Assembly (NCBI GenBank): GCA_944326825.1
Contig: CALVFL010000019.1
Coordinates: 32,562-96,561, forward strand
DNA from: an uncultured Erysipelotrichaceae bacterium
GTDB lineage: Bacteria; Bacillota_I; Bacilli_A; Erysipelotrichales; Erysipelotrichaceae
Direction of reading: 5' to 3'
Length of the DNA: 64,000 nt
Of this stretch, positions 35,148 through 45,604 are shown one piece after another (the stretch's first letter is position 1; each line of letters begins with the position of its first letter). The notes under the pieces are model-generated. The model ran no database searches. It had not been told where the DNA came from and saw nothing but the letters and a program-made list of their open reading frames with translations. A program made the position numbers and the translations under genes.

Positions 35148-36413
35148 TTAACCTTCTTTTAAAACTTCCGTATTTTCTTTTAATTCCACTTCAATGATAT
35201 TGACTTTCTTCTCATTGGAATCAGTGATCGTTACATGCATGTTTTCAAAGTCAAAAGAATCATTGACACTTGGAATCTTATCAAGATTATGAATGACCCA
35301 GGCAGAAACGGTATTAAAATCATATTCTTCTTTAATATCGATCTTGAAATAATCAAACATGTCCTCAATGTCACAATCACCTTTGACAAGATAGTGCGTA
35401 TCATCAAGCTTTTTAAAGAACTCTTCTACAACATCATGTTCATCATAGATCTCACCGACCAGCTCTTCCAATATATCTTCCATCGTAATGATACCTTCAG
35501 TACCCCCATATTCATCAACAACGATCGCCATGTGCGACTTGTTGTTTTGAAGCTGTCTTAAAAGGTAGCTGATCTTGACTTGCGGACTTGTAAAGACGAC
35601 CGGCTGTAAGATCTGTCTGATCGTCGTTTTGGTATTGGTATAATACAGACGATAGAAATCTTTTTCGTGCAGGACGCCGATCACATTATCGATCGTATCT
35701 TCATAGATCGGAATTCTTGAAAAACCGCTTTCCCGATATAATTTTTCGATCACGTCCAAAGATTCATTGACATCTTCAGCAACTACATCTACCCGTGGCG
35801 TTAAGATCTCTTTGACTTCCATATCGTTAAATTCAATGGCATTAGTCAAAAGATCGGCTTCATGATCATCCATGCCTCCTTCAGAGTGAGCTTCTTCAAC
35901 GATCGTGATAAATTCATCGCTGGAATAGGTTTCATTGCTTTCAACATGGAAAAGATAAGTCCAGACTTTTTTGAGATTATCAAAGATCCAGTTGATCGGA
36001 GTCAAGACCGTCATCAAAAACAAAATAATATTGCAGACCGCCATCGACCAGCGCTCTGGCATTTCTTTGGCGATCGATTTTGGCGATATTTCCCCAAAAG
36101 TCAGGATGACGATCGTCATGATCACTGTTGAGTAGGTTACGCCTAGGTCTTCTCCCATCAGTTTGACAAACAGCAAAGTAGCCAAAGAGGAGGCAAAGAT
36201 ATTGACGATATTGTTTCCGACTAGGATCGTACTTAAAAACTTGGAATAGTTATCAGTGATCTTCAAAACCTTTTTAGCTTTCGGATTGCCGTCATTGGCC
36301 ATATTTTTAATCTTGATCCTGTTTACGCTTGAAAAGGCAGTTTCACTGGCGCTGAAAAAGGCCGACAGCATCACCAGTATCGCCAGAGTAATGATTATAA
36401 TATTATTGTCCAT
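35148..36413 (-). CDS. CNNM/CorC-family divalent-cation transport protein (DUF21-CBS pair-CorC_HlyC)
   Basis: 421 aa with N-terminal TM domain motifs SASETAFSS and GEISPKS, a CBS pair, and a C-terminal CorC domain. Confidence 0.85.
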   Translation of the reverse strand: MDNNIIIITLAILVMLSAFFSASETAFSSVNRIKIKNMANDGNPKAKKVLKITDNYSKFLSTILVGNNIVNIFASSLATLLFVKLMGEDLGVTYSTVIMTIVILTFGEISPKSIAKEMPERWSMAVCNIILFLMTVLTPINWIFDNLKKVWTYLFHVESNETYSSDEFITIVEEAHSEGGMDDHEADLLTNAIEFNDMEVKEILTPRVDVVAEDVNESLDVIEKLYRESGFSRIPIYEDTIDNVIGVLHEKDFYRLYYTNTKTTIRQILQPVVFTSPQVKISYLLRQLQNNKSHMAIVVDEYGGTEGIITMEDILEELVGEIYDEHDVVEEFFKKLDDTHYLVKGDCDIEDMFDYFKIDIKEEYDFNTVSAWVIHNLDKIPSVNDSFDFENMHVTITDSNEKKVNIIEVELKENTEVLKEG

Positions 36414-36505
36414 AAAAACACTCCTTTAAAGAGTTAAATAAGTTACACGAGTGTTCGGGCAAAGGAATATCTCCCATAGTTTAAAATCCTCCTGTATAAA
36501 AATAC
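36403..36505 (-). promoter_or_regulatory. 5' leader of the CNNM gene with a candidate 24-codon uORF and an SD-occluding hairpin
   Basis: AGGAGG (36493..36488) lies 9 nt before ATG 36477, giving MGDIPLPEHSCNLFNSLKECFYGQ with a stop at 36405..36403. The stem AACACUC (36455..36449) pairs with GAGUGUU (36423..36417), which covers part of the AAGGAG SD of the main gene. Confidence 0.35.
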
Positions 36506-36512
36506 GTTTTTA

Positions 36513-36521
36513 ATTATATCA
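36513..36521 (-). promoter_or_regulatory. Extended -10 element TGaTATAAT for the CNNM leader
   Basis: On the minus strand, TG is at 36521..36520 and TATAAT at 36518..36513. No clear -35. Confidence 0.45.
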
Positions 36522-36570
36522 TAGATGAGAAAAGATTAGCTTATAAATTTATATAGCTGATTTAGATAAA

Positions 36571-36596
36571 CAAAGTAAAAGACCCTTTAAGGGTCT
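36571..36596 (-). terminator. Terminator after ftsZ
   Basis: AGACCC-uuaaa-GGGUCU followed by UUUACUUUGU, starting 5 nt after the stop. Confidence 0.75.
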
Positions 36597-36600
36597 AGTC

Positions 36601-37680
36601 TTATTTTCTGGTTCTGAAGAAGACCGGTATATCCGTATCTTCGCTCTCATTCACGACGACTTCATCATAAGTATCACGTCTGGTAAAGGAGCTGTCGCTT
36701 GGCTGATTTAAGATCGGCTGAGTGCGGCGGGTCTTAGGAAGATCAAAGCCGGTAGCTATCACCGTAACAATGATATTCTCGCCAATAGCTTCATTGATCG
36801 CTACACCATAGATGATGTTAAGATCAGAGCCGGCTGCCTCACGAATATAATCGACTGCTACTGCTGAATCAGCGATCGTAATGGCCGGACCGCCGGTGAT
36901 ATTGACGATGGCGTTTTTAGCACCAGAGATCTGCGCTTCCAAAAGCGGTGACTGAATAGCTTTTTGAGCAGCTTCTTTAGCTTTGTTTTCACCTTGGGCC
37001 ATACCGATTCCGATAAGAGCAGAGCCTTGTCCTTCCATGACGGTTCTGATATCGGCGAAGTCAAGGTTGATGAAAGCCGGTACAGCGATCAGATCAGTGA
37101 TGGTCTGAACGCCTTGTCTTAAAATATTGTCAGCTTCACGGAAAGAATCCTGGAAAGAGATCTTGCCGGTAACACTTAATAACTGGTTATTGGAAACGAT
37201 GATCAAAGAATCGATATATTCTTTAAGAGCTTCAAGACCGACATTGGCCTGATCGGTACGTTTGCGTCCTTCAAAATCAAATGGTTTAGTAACGATACCG
37301 ACTGTCAAAGCTCCGCTTTCTTTAGCGACTTTGGCAAAGACCGGCGCTGCACCGGTTCCGGTTCCGCCGCCCATACCGGCAGCGATAAAGACCATGTCAG
37401 CTCCCTCGATAGCTTTTTTGATCTCTTCTTCAGATTCTAAAGCAGCTTTCTTGCCGACATCGGGATTGCTTCCAGCGCCAAGACCTTTAGTAGTATCTTT
37501 ACCCAAAATGATCTTATTCTTGCATTTAGAAAGATTTAAACTTTGGACATCGGTATTGCAGACATAAAACTCTACGCCCTGTACCTCTTCATCAACCATG
37601 CGGTTGACGGCATTACAGCCGGCACCGCCGATGCCAAAGACTTTTATTTTTGCGATCTGATCATATTTTAATTCACTCAT
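36601..37680 (-). CDS. ftsZ: Cell division protein FtsZ
   Basis: Tubulin signature [14 protein letters not shown] and [11 protein letters not shown]. Confidence 0.96.
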   Translation of the reverse strand: MSELKYDQIAKIKVFGIGGAGCNAVNRMVDEEVQGVEFYVCNTDVQSLNLSKCKNKIILGKDTTKGLGAGSNPDVGKKAALESEEEIKKAIEGADMVFIAAGMGGGTGTGAAPVFAKVAKESGALTVGIVTKPFDFEGRKRTDQANVGLEALKEYIDSLIIVSNNQLLSVTGKISFQDSFREADNILRQGVQTITDLIAVPAFINLDFADIRTVMEGQGSALIGIGMAQGENKAKEAAQKAIQSPLLEAQISGAKNAIVNITGGPAITIADSAVAVDYIREAAGSDLNIIYGVAINEAIGENIIVTVIATGFDLPKTRRTQPILNQPSDSSFTRRDTYDEVVVNESEDTDIPVFFRTRK

Positions 37681-38938
37681 CTAATTTTCCTCCTCTGTTT
37701 TTGGAATCAAACAAATTCTTAATACGGGTCGTCAATGTTTCCCCTTCAGTATCGTTAGTCTTTCTTTCTACTAATTCACTAAACTGCAAGAGATTGATCG
37801 AACTTGTCATATTGCCGTTTATCATAATGCTGTCATGATAACCATAGATCGAACCTAATAAAGCGGTCAATGAAGAATCACGTCCGCCTAAAGTTTCCGG
37901 GAAGTAAGCCTTGGTAGTTGCCTTGGTGACCTCTTCGATCATCTTGACAAGTGAAGCCATCTTAGCACCTTCTGAAACGATGACAATCTCGGTATCGCCG
38001 CTCTCTAGGATCGGCTCACAAGCATCTTTGATCTTTAAGACGAATTCATCAGTAACATTCTTGATGCATGAGGAAAGTTCCCTTTCACTGATCGTCTTGG
38101 ATTCGCCGTCACTGGTTTTCCAGGCAAAGATGGAATTATTGACAGTTTCATCAAAATCGAAATGAGCATTGTATTTGACTAAACGGTCAACTACCCCGAA
38201 AGGCAAATGATACTTATCTAAGACCACCTGAATGATGGAATTAAGACCGTCATAAAGAATATCGCAGTTTACGAGTTTGCCTTTAGATACTAAAGCTAAA
38301 GAAGTCGTATCATAATCGATCTTGAGCAAGATGATATTTTGATTGACAGTCTGCTCAAAAAGAGCTGCCTCCTTGCAGATAGCATACATATCTAATGATA
38401 TATCTAAAACTTCAATATTCAATTCTTCAAGTATTGATACATAATCAAAACCGATCGACTTATCAGCACAAAGCAAATCTATATCGACGATCAGTTCATC
38501 AGCTACTTCTCTTTCCGGTATCCTGCGATAAGTGATGCCATTGCAGGTATATTTGACACAGACTGCATTAATGATCAGGATATTGCGGTCAATATTGGTA
38601 TGCATCGCCTTGCTGATGGCATTCTCGACATCATTTTTATTGATGATGCCGCTTTGTGTTTTGACAGCTACCTTCAAAGGATAACGTTTAAAATTGACTG
38701 AAGGCAGAAGCAGGATAAGTCTTTCTATATCAGCGCCGATCACTTTAGCGGCTTTATCTACAAGTGACTTGACAGTTTCTTTAACTGCATCCTTGTTGGT
38801 TATTACAAAATCAGAAATGCCTCGACAATTTTCTCTTTCAACTCGAATGATATTAAAACGGGTATTAAAATACTCCCCTATGATCAGTCGAATCTCACGA
38901 TCGGCAATTTCTAAAGCTCCATATATCTCTTTTGCCAT
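37673..38938 (-). CDS. ftsA: Cell division protein FtsA
   Basis: 421 aa actin-like ATPase immediately upstream of ftsZ and overlapping it by 8 nt. Confidence 0.88.
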   Translation of the reverse strand: MAKEIYGALEIADREIRLIIGEYFNTRFNIIRVERENCRGISDFVITNKDAVKETVKSLVDKAAKVIGADIERLILLLPSVNFKRYPLKVAVKTQSGIINKNDVENAISKAMHTNIDRNILIINAVCVKYTCNGITYRRIPEREVADELIVDIDLLCADKSIGFDYVSILEELNIEVLDISLDMYAICKEAALFEQTVNQNIILLKIDYDTTSLALVSKGKLVNCDILYDGLNSIIQVVLDKYHLPFGVVDRLVKYNAHFDFDETVNNSIFAWKTSDGESKTISERELSSCIKNVTDEFVLKIKDACEPILESGDTEIVIVSEGAKMASLVKMIEEVTKATTKAYFPETLGGRDSSLTALLGSIYGYHDSIMINGNMTSSINLLQFSELVERKTNDTEGETLTTRIKNLFDSKNRGGKLDE

Positions 38939-39080
38939 TTTAACTCCTAATTACATAAATTATTCTACCATAAATGCAACTATTATTTAAAAGTATTTTA
39001 AAAGTTTATTGCATTTTAAGTAGTTCTATGATAAATTAAATAAGCGAAATTATGACATAGAAGAAAGGGGGTCTTACGGT

Positions 39081-39275
39081 ATGTCAAGAGTTTGCGAGAT
39101 TACAGGTAAAAAAGCCTTATCAGGAAACAACCGTTCACATTCACTTCGTGCTACACGCCGTAAATGGAATGTAAACCTACAAAAAGTTACATTAATGGTC
39201 GATGGTAAACCTAAAAAGGTGCGCATTTCAGCCCGTGCCTTAAAGACTTTAAAAGCACAAGCTAATAAAGCCTAA
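39081..39275 (+). CDS. rpmB: 50S ribosomal protein L28
   Basis: [44 protein letters not shown]. Confidence 0.95.
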   Translation: MSRVCEITGKKALSGNNRSHSLRATRRKWNVNLQKVTLMVDGKPKKVRISARALKTLKAQANKA

Positions 39276-39288
39276 TATTTTGCCTTAT

Positions 39289-39317
39289 AAATATGCCTTA
39301 GCGGGCATATTTTTTAT
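39289..39317 (+). terminator. rpmB terminator
   Basis: AAAUAUGCC-uuagcg-GGCAUAUUU followed by UUUAUU. Confidence 0.85.
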
Positions 39318-39377
39318 TAAAAACTTATATCCATAATTGACTGATTTTATTATTGAAGCACACAATGTCCAAGCATT

Positions 39378-39412
39378 ATAAAAAAGACGGGGTTTATATG
39401 ACGCCCATCTTT
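39378..39412 (-). terminator. Terminator after rpe
   Basis: AGAUGGG-cgucauauaaac-CCCGUCU followed by UUUUU on the minus strand. Confidence 0.65.
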
Positions 39413-39418
39413 TCGATC

Positions 39419-40072
39419 TTAAATATTTCTTAGTCTTTCGATATTTTCTTTGATATTGCCTTTAAAGACATAGCTGCCGGCAACCAAGGCTTCCCCGCCA
39501 TGCTCAATGATCGCTTTGGCATTCTTATCCGATACGCCGCCATCGATCTCAATGATATAGGATAGACCATAGTCTTTTTTATAATTGCTTAAATAATCCA
39601 GTTTATCTAAGCTGCTTTCAATAAAGCTCTGACCGCCAAATCCCGGCTCAACACTCATGACTAAAACGAGATCGACTTCTTTTAAGATGTTGTCAAGCAG
39701 TCTGACATCAGTCTTAGGTCTGATGCTGATACCGGCCTTGATACCCATCAATTGGATTTTGCGGATCAGATTGAGAGCTTCATCTTCCCCTTTTAATGCT
39801 TCTAAATGGAAAGTGATAAGATCGGCTCCTGCATCATAAAAGACTTTGGCATAATATTCAGGATCGCTGACCATCAAATGCACATCCATAAAAAGATCCG
39901 ATATCTTTTTAATATCCTTTAAGATCGCAGGACCAAAAGAGATGTTTGGTACAAAGTGGCCATCCATGACATCATAATGCAGCCAATCGGCATATTTGGT
40001 TATCTCTTCGACCTGATATTTTAAATCAGTGAAATCACAAGCTAAGACGGACGGACAGATCAACATATTCAA
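39419..40072 (-). CDS. rpe: Ribulose-phosphate 3-epimerase
   Basis: CPSVLACDF, HYDVMDGHFVPN, DVHLMV and VMSVEPGFGGQ. Confidence 0.93.
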   Translation of the reverse strand: MNMLICPSVLACDFTDLKYQVEEITKYADWLHYDVMDGHFVPNISFGPAILKDIKKISDLFMDVHLMVSDPEYYAKVFYDAGADLITFHLEALKGEDEALNLIRKIQLMGIKAGISIRPKTDVRLLDNILKEVDLVLVMSVEPGFGGQSFIESSLDKLDYLSNYKKDYGLSYIIEIDGGVSDKNAKAIIEHGGEALVAGSYVFKGNIKENIERLRNI

Positions 40073-40077
40073 ACCTC

Positions 40078-40953
40078 CTATTTCAATGTTCGATGACGAT
40101 TCGCTTTAAAATTGCCATCACTTAGCATCTTCATAATATCTACATATACATTATAGAACGATTCAGGTATTTTCGCTTCTAAAACCGCATTTTTAACAGC
40201 ACAATCAGGTTCTTTCAAGTGACGGCAGTCTAAAAAACGGCAGCCGTTTATATAAGGCTTGAACGGGGTCAGTTTTAAAGCGAGCAATTCTTTATCGATA
40301 TGCGAGATGTCTAAGCTGGAAAAACCCGGGGTATCAGCCACATATCCGCCAAAGACTTCATATAATTCAGTATGTCTTGTAGTATGCTTGCCTCTGTTTA
40401 AGGCTTTCGAGATACTGTCGGTCTTTAATTCAAGCGTGGGAATAAGTTTATTTAAAAGCGAAGTTTTGCCTACCCCGCTTTGTCCGCATAAGACAGATAC
40501 TTTATCTTTGAGGACTTCTTCCATGATGCATAGATCCTCAAGCAGATAACACTCATAGCCCAATAACTTATAATAATCAACGATCTGATAAGCTTTACTC
40601 TTATCGCCAAGATCAATCTTGGTGATAAGGATGAGAGGTTTTATTGAAGCATATTCAATAAGCATGGTCAAACGGTTGACTAATTCAAAGGAAAAATCCG
40701 GTTCTTTTAAAGACATGACGATCAAAGCCTGATCGATATTGGCTAAACTTGGTCTTATCAGATAGTTCTTTCTGGCGATGATCTTTTGAATGACAAATTG
40801 ATTGTCGATCTTGGCAAAATAGACCCGATCATTTACCAAAGGTTTATATGATAAACGCATCTTGCCGGCCAAGATCGCATCATAGCGTTTTTTATGGTCG
40901 TCTTCAATCACATATTTAGAAGAGATGATACTGATGATGCGGGCTTCATTCAT
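40078..40953 (-). CDS. rsgA: Ribosome small-subunit-dependent GTPase A
   Basis: Circularly permuted GTPase with GQSGVGKTSLLN, DTPGF and the C-terminal zinc motif C..C.H..EP.C. The ATG at 40953 overlaps the prkC stop. Confidence 0.9.
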   Translation of the reverse strand: MNEARIISIISSKYVIEDDHKKRYDAILAGKMRLSYKPLVNDRVYFAKIDNQFVIQKIIARKNYLIRPSLANIDQALIVMSLKEPDFSFELVNRLTMLIEYASIKPLILITKIDLGDKSKAYQIVDYYKLLGYECYLLEDLCIMEEVLKDKVSVLCGQSGVGKTSLLNKLIPTLELKTDSISKALNRGKHTTRHTELYEVFGGYVADTPGFSSLDISHIDKELLALKLTPFKPYINGCRFLDCRHLKEPDCAVKNAVLEAKIPESFYNVYVDIMKMLSDGNFKANRHRTLK

Positions 40954-42616
40954 TGCTGATGCTTTCCCCTTCAACATAAGTCAAAACGACTTTTAGACCA
41001 TCAGATACCGTAATACTGCTGCCTTCTTTGGGATCAATGCTGTAGATAGTGTTTGGTACTAAGGAGGCTTTTTCCTCATCACTTAAAGTGCTGGTATCCA
41101 AAGGAATCAGTTCATAAGGAATATCGGAAGCTTTTAAGATCGATTCAGCTGTATCGATACTGCTGCCGATGATGCCGTATGGGATGATGATCGAAGTATA
41201 ACGGCTGTATGTAAAAGTAATCTTTTGATCACGTTTAGGATCAAACTTGGCATTGGGTTCAATGCCTTCTTGCGTGATGATCGTGCCTGATGGCAGATCG
41301 CTGTCCACTTCAATAAGTTCGACTTTAATTAAAGGATAGGTATTCAAAAGTTCTTCTCTGGCTTCTTCAACATTTTGACCGACATAATCTTTCATGATAG
41401 CATAAAGACCATCTGATACGACGACTTTGACGATCGTGCCCTTTTCAACCTCAGTATTAACTTCCGGTTCGATCCGCATGATCTCGCCGGCATCATAGAC
41501 ATCAGACATCTCTCTTTCAATGTGAGTAAGATCAATGCTCAAGCCATACTCTTCAAGTATCTTGGAGGCATCAACGATCGAATAGCCCCTGATGTCAGGC
41601 ATATTTACATAAACCGGCCGATTTAAAATACTGTTTATAAGATATGCTCCCAAAATCAGCACGATCAAAACGCCGCCTGCGATCGCTGCCAATTTATAAT
41701 AAAAACTCTTAGGCCGGGATCTTTTGATTTCTTTTTTGGCTTCTTTAGGCTTGGTAATGTCTTCGCTGTAATTAAAGACCAGCGGTTTATCATCAAGGTG
41801 TTTGTCCAAAAGACATTCATTCAGATCTTTAAGCATCTCTGCCACATTGGCATAGCGGTTATGGCGGTTTTTAGCTGTCGCTTTTTTGGTGATATTGACG
41901 ACAGATTGGGGGATGCGTTTATCATAAAGACGGACATCAGGCAAAGGATTATTGGAACTGTTATAGACGACCTGTACGGCATTCTCCCCTTTGAAAGGGA
42001 CTTCGCCGCTGAGCAGTTCAAAAAAGACGATGCCTAAAGAATAGATGTCGCTTTGCATATTGGCCGTTTCGCCTTTGGCATGTTCTGGGGCCATGTAATG
42101 GACAGAACCAAGGATCGAATCTTCAGCGGTAATCTCTTTGGCATTGGCAGCTAAAGCGATGCCGAAATCCACTACTTTGGCAGTGCCGTCATCTTTGATG
42201 AGAACGTTTTGGGATTTGATATCACGATGGATGATGCCGTTGCGATGAGCTTCCATGATCGCTGCACAAAGCTGTTTCATGATAAAGATCGCTTCCGGAT
42301 AATAGATCGGCCCTCTTTTTTGAATGAATTGTTTTAAAGTCTGGCCTTTGATATATTCCATGACGATGTAATGACGATCGCCGTCATCGCCGACATCATA
42401 AACATCGACGATATTGGGATGAGAAAGACAGGTGGAGGCATTGGCTTCTCTTGAAAAACGCTCTAAAGAGATCTTGTCTTGCGAAAGATCATCTTTTAAG
42501 ATCTTAATAGCGACTTCCCTTTTCAAGATCGTATCGATCGCTAAATAAACATCAGCCATGCCGCCCTTGCCGATATGTTTGGTTATCAGATAACGGTTGG
42601 AGATCAGATTATTCAT
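40946..42616 (-). CDS. prkC: Ser/Thr protein kinase with a TM segment and extracellular PASTA repeats
   Basis: GKGGMADVY, HRDIKSQN and DFGIA, with a TM at about aa 320 and PASTA-like repeats. The ATG at 42616 follows GGGAGG. Confidence 0.9.
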   Translation of the reverse strand: MNNLISNRYLITKHIGKGGMADVYLAIDTILKREVAIKILKDDLSQDKISLERFSREANASTCLSHPNIVDVYDVGDDGDRHYIVMEYIKGQTLKQFIQKRGPIYYPEAIFIMKQLCAAIMEAHRNGIIHRDIKSQNVLIKDDGTAKVVDFGIALAANAKEITAEDSILGSVHYMAPEHAKGETANMQSDIYSLGIVFFELLSGEVPFKGENAVQVVYNSSNNPLPDVRLYDKRIPQSVVNITKKATAKNRHNRYANVAEMLKDLNECLLDKHLDDKPLVFNYSEDITKPKEAKKEIKRSRPKSFYYKLAAIAGGVLIVLILGAYLINSILNRPVYVNMPDIRGYSIVDASKILEEYGLSIDLTHIEREMSDVYDAGEIMRIEPEVNTEVEKGTIVKVVVSDGLYAIMKDYVGQNVEEAREELLNTYPLIKVELIEVDSDLPSGTIITQEGIEPNAKFDPKRDQKITFTYSRYTSIIIPYGIIGSSIDTAESILKASDIPYELIPLDTSTLSDEEKASLVPNTIYSIDPKEGSSITVSDGLKVVLTYVEGESISNE

Positions 42617-43355
42617 CTTCTTCCTCCCTGACATCGATAATGATCAGTGTGATATTGTCATAACCGCCGGCTTTAAGTGCCATTTCCATGAGTGTCGAGC
42701 CTTTATAAGCGATCTTTAGTTCACTGTCATCAAGAACCTTTAAAAGATCATCTTCTCCGACATAGCCATGCAAGCCATCTGAGCAGATTAGATAGGAAGT
42801 ATAACGGTTCATCACTTTATAGACATCTGCCCCTAAACCATCATAAACACCTAAGAATTTTGTCAGATAATGCCGTTTAGGATGGCTTAAAGCTTCTTCT
42901 TTTGTGATCATCTTGCGATCGATGAGTTCATTGACTAAGGTATGATCTTTAGTCAAATGGACCAGTTCATGATTGTAAAGACCATAAACCCGGGAATCAC
43001 CGGCATTGATCACAAAGTTGCCCAAAGATGAGATGAGGATACCGGTAATCGTCGTACCCATGCCTTCATAATCTTCATTTTTTAAAGACAGATCATGTAC
43101 ATGGTTGGAAGCCACTTTGACATGATATTTAAGATAAGTGATGATCTCTTCATCATCTTTAAAACCATGATTGTTTTTAAAGAGCTTTTCAAAGTATCTG
43201 ACGATCTCAAAAGAAGCGACTTCCCCAGCCTTGTTGCCGCCGATACCATCGCAGACCAAAGCCAAAAGATCACCGTTTTTATTATAGACGGTAAGATAGT
43301 TATCCTGATTCTTGCTGCGGATCAGTCCGATATTAGATAAGCTACATATTTTCAT
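42609..43355 (-). CDS. prpC: PP2C-family Ser/Thr protein phosphatase
   Basis: NQDN, VCDGIGG, SDGL and DNITLIII. The ATG at 43355 follows AGGTGA. Confidence 0.9.
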   Translation of the reverse strand: MKICSLSNIGLIRSKNQDNYLTVYNKNGDLLALVCDGIGGNKAGEVASFEIVRYFEKLFKNNHGFKDDEEIITYLKYHVKVASNHVHDLSLKNEDYEGMGTTITGILISSLGNFVINAGDSRVYGLYNHELVHLTKDHTLVNELIDRKMITKEEALSHPKRHYLTKFLGVYDGLGADVYKVMNRYTSYLICSDGLHGYVGEDDLLKVLDDSELKIAYKGSTLMEMALKAGGYDNITLIIIDVREEEDE

Positions 43356-44412
43356 CTTTATCACCTAAAATGTGGTTAGCCCTTAATTGCCCGCAGGCTG
43401 CTGAAATATCATCGCCTTTACGATGTCTTAAAGTAACGGCGATACCTCTTTTTTTAAGCATATCATAAAACTCCAAAGCTCTTTTATCACTGCTGGTTTC
43501 ATAATCATGTTCCTTTACTTCGTTATAAGGGATCAGATTGATATAGGCATTAAGACCATGCAGCAGTTCTTTTAATTCATCGGCATTTTCCTTTTGATCG
43601 TTGATGTCTTTTAAAAGCAGATATTCAAAAGTTAAACGGCGATTGTTGTCGACACAATAATACTTTAAAGCCTCCAATAGTTCCTTTAAAGGATAGGCTT
43701 TATTTATGGGCATCAAAGAAGTACGCAAACGATCATTAGAGGCATGTAAAGAGATGGCCAGATTATATTGGACTTTCTCATCGGCAAATCTTTTGATCAT
43801 CGGTACGATGCCGCAAGTAGATATGGAGATATGTCTGGCGCCGATCTCAAGGGCGTGGGGATCATTGATGATCTTTAAAGCTTTCATGACATTATCATAG
43901 TTGTCAAAAGGTTCGCCCGTTCCCATGACGACGATATTGCCTAAACGTTTACCCGTTTCATCCAAGAAACGCTGGATATAGACGACTTGAGCCACGATCT
44001 CGCCAGAAGTCAGATCTCTTTGTTTTTTCAAAAGACCGCTGGCACAGAAAGTACAGCCCATATTGCAGCCGACCTGAGTCGAGATACAGGCTGAATAACC
44101 ATAGTCAAAGACCATCATCACACTTTCAATAAGCGAGCCATCGAGCAGTCTAAAAAGAAACTTGATCGTCCCGTCGCTTGATACCTCTTTATCAACAAGG
44201 CTCAAGATATCGATCACAAATTCCTCTTTAAGTCTTTTAATAAGGTCTTTACTGAGATCACTCATCAGAGTGAAATCTGCAACTCTTTTTTTATAAAGCC
44301 AGTTATAGATCTGACGGGCTTTAAAATCCTTAAGGCCGATAGAATTAACATAATTTATCAGATCATTCAGATCATAGTCATATATCTTATTCATATTCGT
44401 TATTATAGCCAT
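43342..44412 (-). CDS. rlmN: 23S rRNA/tRNA adenine-C2 methyltransferase (radical SAM RlmN)
   Basis: CNMGCTFCASG and the C-terminal DISAACGQL. The ATG at 44412 follows AAGGGG, and the ORF-track TTG extension overlaps rsmB. Confidence 0.9.
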   Translation of the reverse strand: MAIITNMNKIYDYDLNDLINYVNSIGLKDFKARQIYNWLYKKRVADFTLMSDLSKDLIKRLKEEFVIDILSLVDKEVSSDGTIKFLFRLLDGSLIESVMMVFDYGYSACISTQVGCNMGCTFCASGLLKKQRDLTSGEIVAQVVYIQRFLDETGKRLGNIVVMGTGEPFDNYDNVMKALKIINDPHALEIGARHISISTCGIVPMIKRFADEKVQYNLAISLHASNDRLRTSLMPINKAYPLKELLEALKYYCVDNNRRLTFEYLLLKDINDQKENADELKELLHGLNAYINLIPYNEVKEHDYETSSDKRALEFYDMLKKRGIAVTLRHRKGDDISAACGQLRANHILGDKDENM

Positions 44413-44413
44413 A

Positions 44414-45601
44414 TTACCCCTTTTTAACAAGTTTTGCCACATAAAAATAATCGCTGTCATCACGTTTTCTGATGATCGTATCATCAAGCAGTTTCATATC
44501 TTCATGCGACAAGATGAAATCTTTGATCTGGCGATCATTCTCTTTAGTATTTAAAGTGCAGGTCGAATATACCAAAGTACCGCCCTTTTTCAAATAAGCA
44601 TAAGCAGTCTTCAAGATCTTCTTTTGTAAGACGATAAGATCATCTAAATCGGTCGGTTTTAAATGATATTTAAGATCCGGTTTTCTTTTTAAAACGCCAA
44701 GTCCTGAACAGGGAGCATCTAAAAGGATCTTGTTAAAACATTCGATGTATCGATCATCGATAGTCGAAGCATCAAGATTAAGATAGGTGATCTTATCATC
44801 TACTTTTAAACATTGAGCTTTGTCTTTGATAAGTTTTAAGCGGTGTTCATAAAGATCATTGGCATAAGCCTTACTGACGATCTCTAAGGCATTGAAAAGC
44901 TTAGAACCGGGAGCACTGCAAAGATCCAAAAAGCTGTCATCAGCTCTTAAGTCTAAATAATCAGTGATGAATGAACTGTTATAGTCCTGCACATAGAAGT
45001 AACCGTCTTTAAATTCCCTGGTGTTGACGAGGTTGTCTTTGGCGATGAACATCCTTTCATCAAGCATCGTGATCGAAAGATCATTTGGATTTGCAAGTTT
45101 CTTATGAGGATTAAGACGATAGAAAACCTTAGGTTCCTTATTAAGGTTAGTCATAAAATAGTCAAGATCATCCTTTGAGTACTGTTTTCTCAACAGTTCA
45201 TAAAGCCACTTGGGCAAAGAATGATTGATATACTCATCTTTCGCATAAAGCATTTGCGCATTCAATCTCCGAAGAGTGGCATTGATAAAGCCTTTGGTAT
45301 TTTTATGGGCCAGTTTGACATATTCGTTGACATAGACATAAGGGTCTTGATTGAGGAAGTATTTTTCATAAGCTGCCATCGCTAAGATCAGCTTGATCTT
45401 AAGCTGGGTATTATCTTTGATCAAAGAAGTAAACTGATAAAGCAATAGATCAAAGTTGCGCAAGACACCATATACCAGTTCAGTGATAAAAGCCCTTTTG
45501 ATCAAAGGTACATCTTTTAGGGTCTTTCTTAAAGAAAGATTGGCATAATCGTTATTGATCATAACGTCTTTTAAGATCTGATAAGCTGTTTCACGCTGCA
45601 T
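44414..45601 (-). CDS. rsmB: 16S rRNA (cytosine967-C5)-methyltransferase
   Basis: NusB-like N-terminal domain, SAM motif DLCSAPGSK, catalytic regions DAPCSGLG and VYSTCT. Confidence 0.88.
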   Translation of the reverse strand: MQRETAYQILKDVMINNDYANLSLRKTLKDVPLIKRAFITELVYGVLRNFDLLLYQFTSLIKDNTQLKIKLILAMAAYEKYFLNQDPYVYVNEYVKLAHKNTKGFINATLRRLNAQMLYAKDEYINHSLPKWLYELLRKQYSKDDLDYFMTNLNKEPKVFYRLNPHKKLANPNDLSITMLDERMFIAKDNLVNTREFKDGYFYVQDYNSSFITDYLDLRADDSFLDLCSAPGSKLFNALEIVSKAYANDLYEHRLKLIKDKAQCLKVDDKITYLNLDASTIDDRYIECFNKILLDAPCSGLGVLKRKPDLKYHLKPTDLDDLIVLQKKILKTAYAYLKKGGTLVYSTCTLNTKENDRQIKDFILSHEDMKLLDDTIIRKRDDSDYFYVAKLVKKG

Positions 45602-45604
45602 AAA

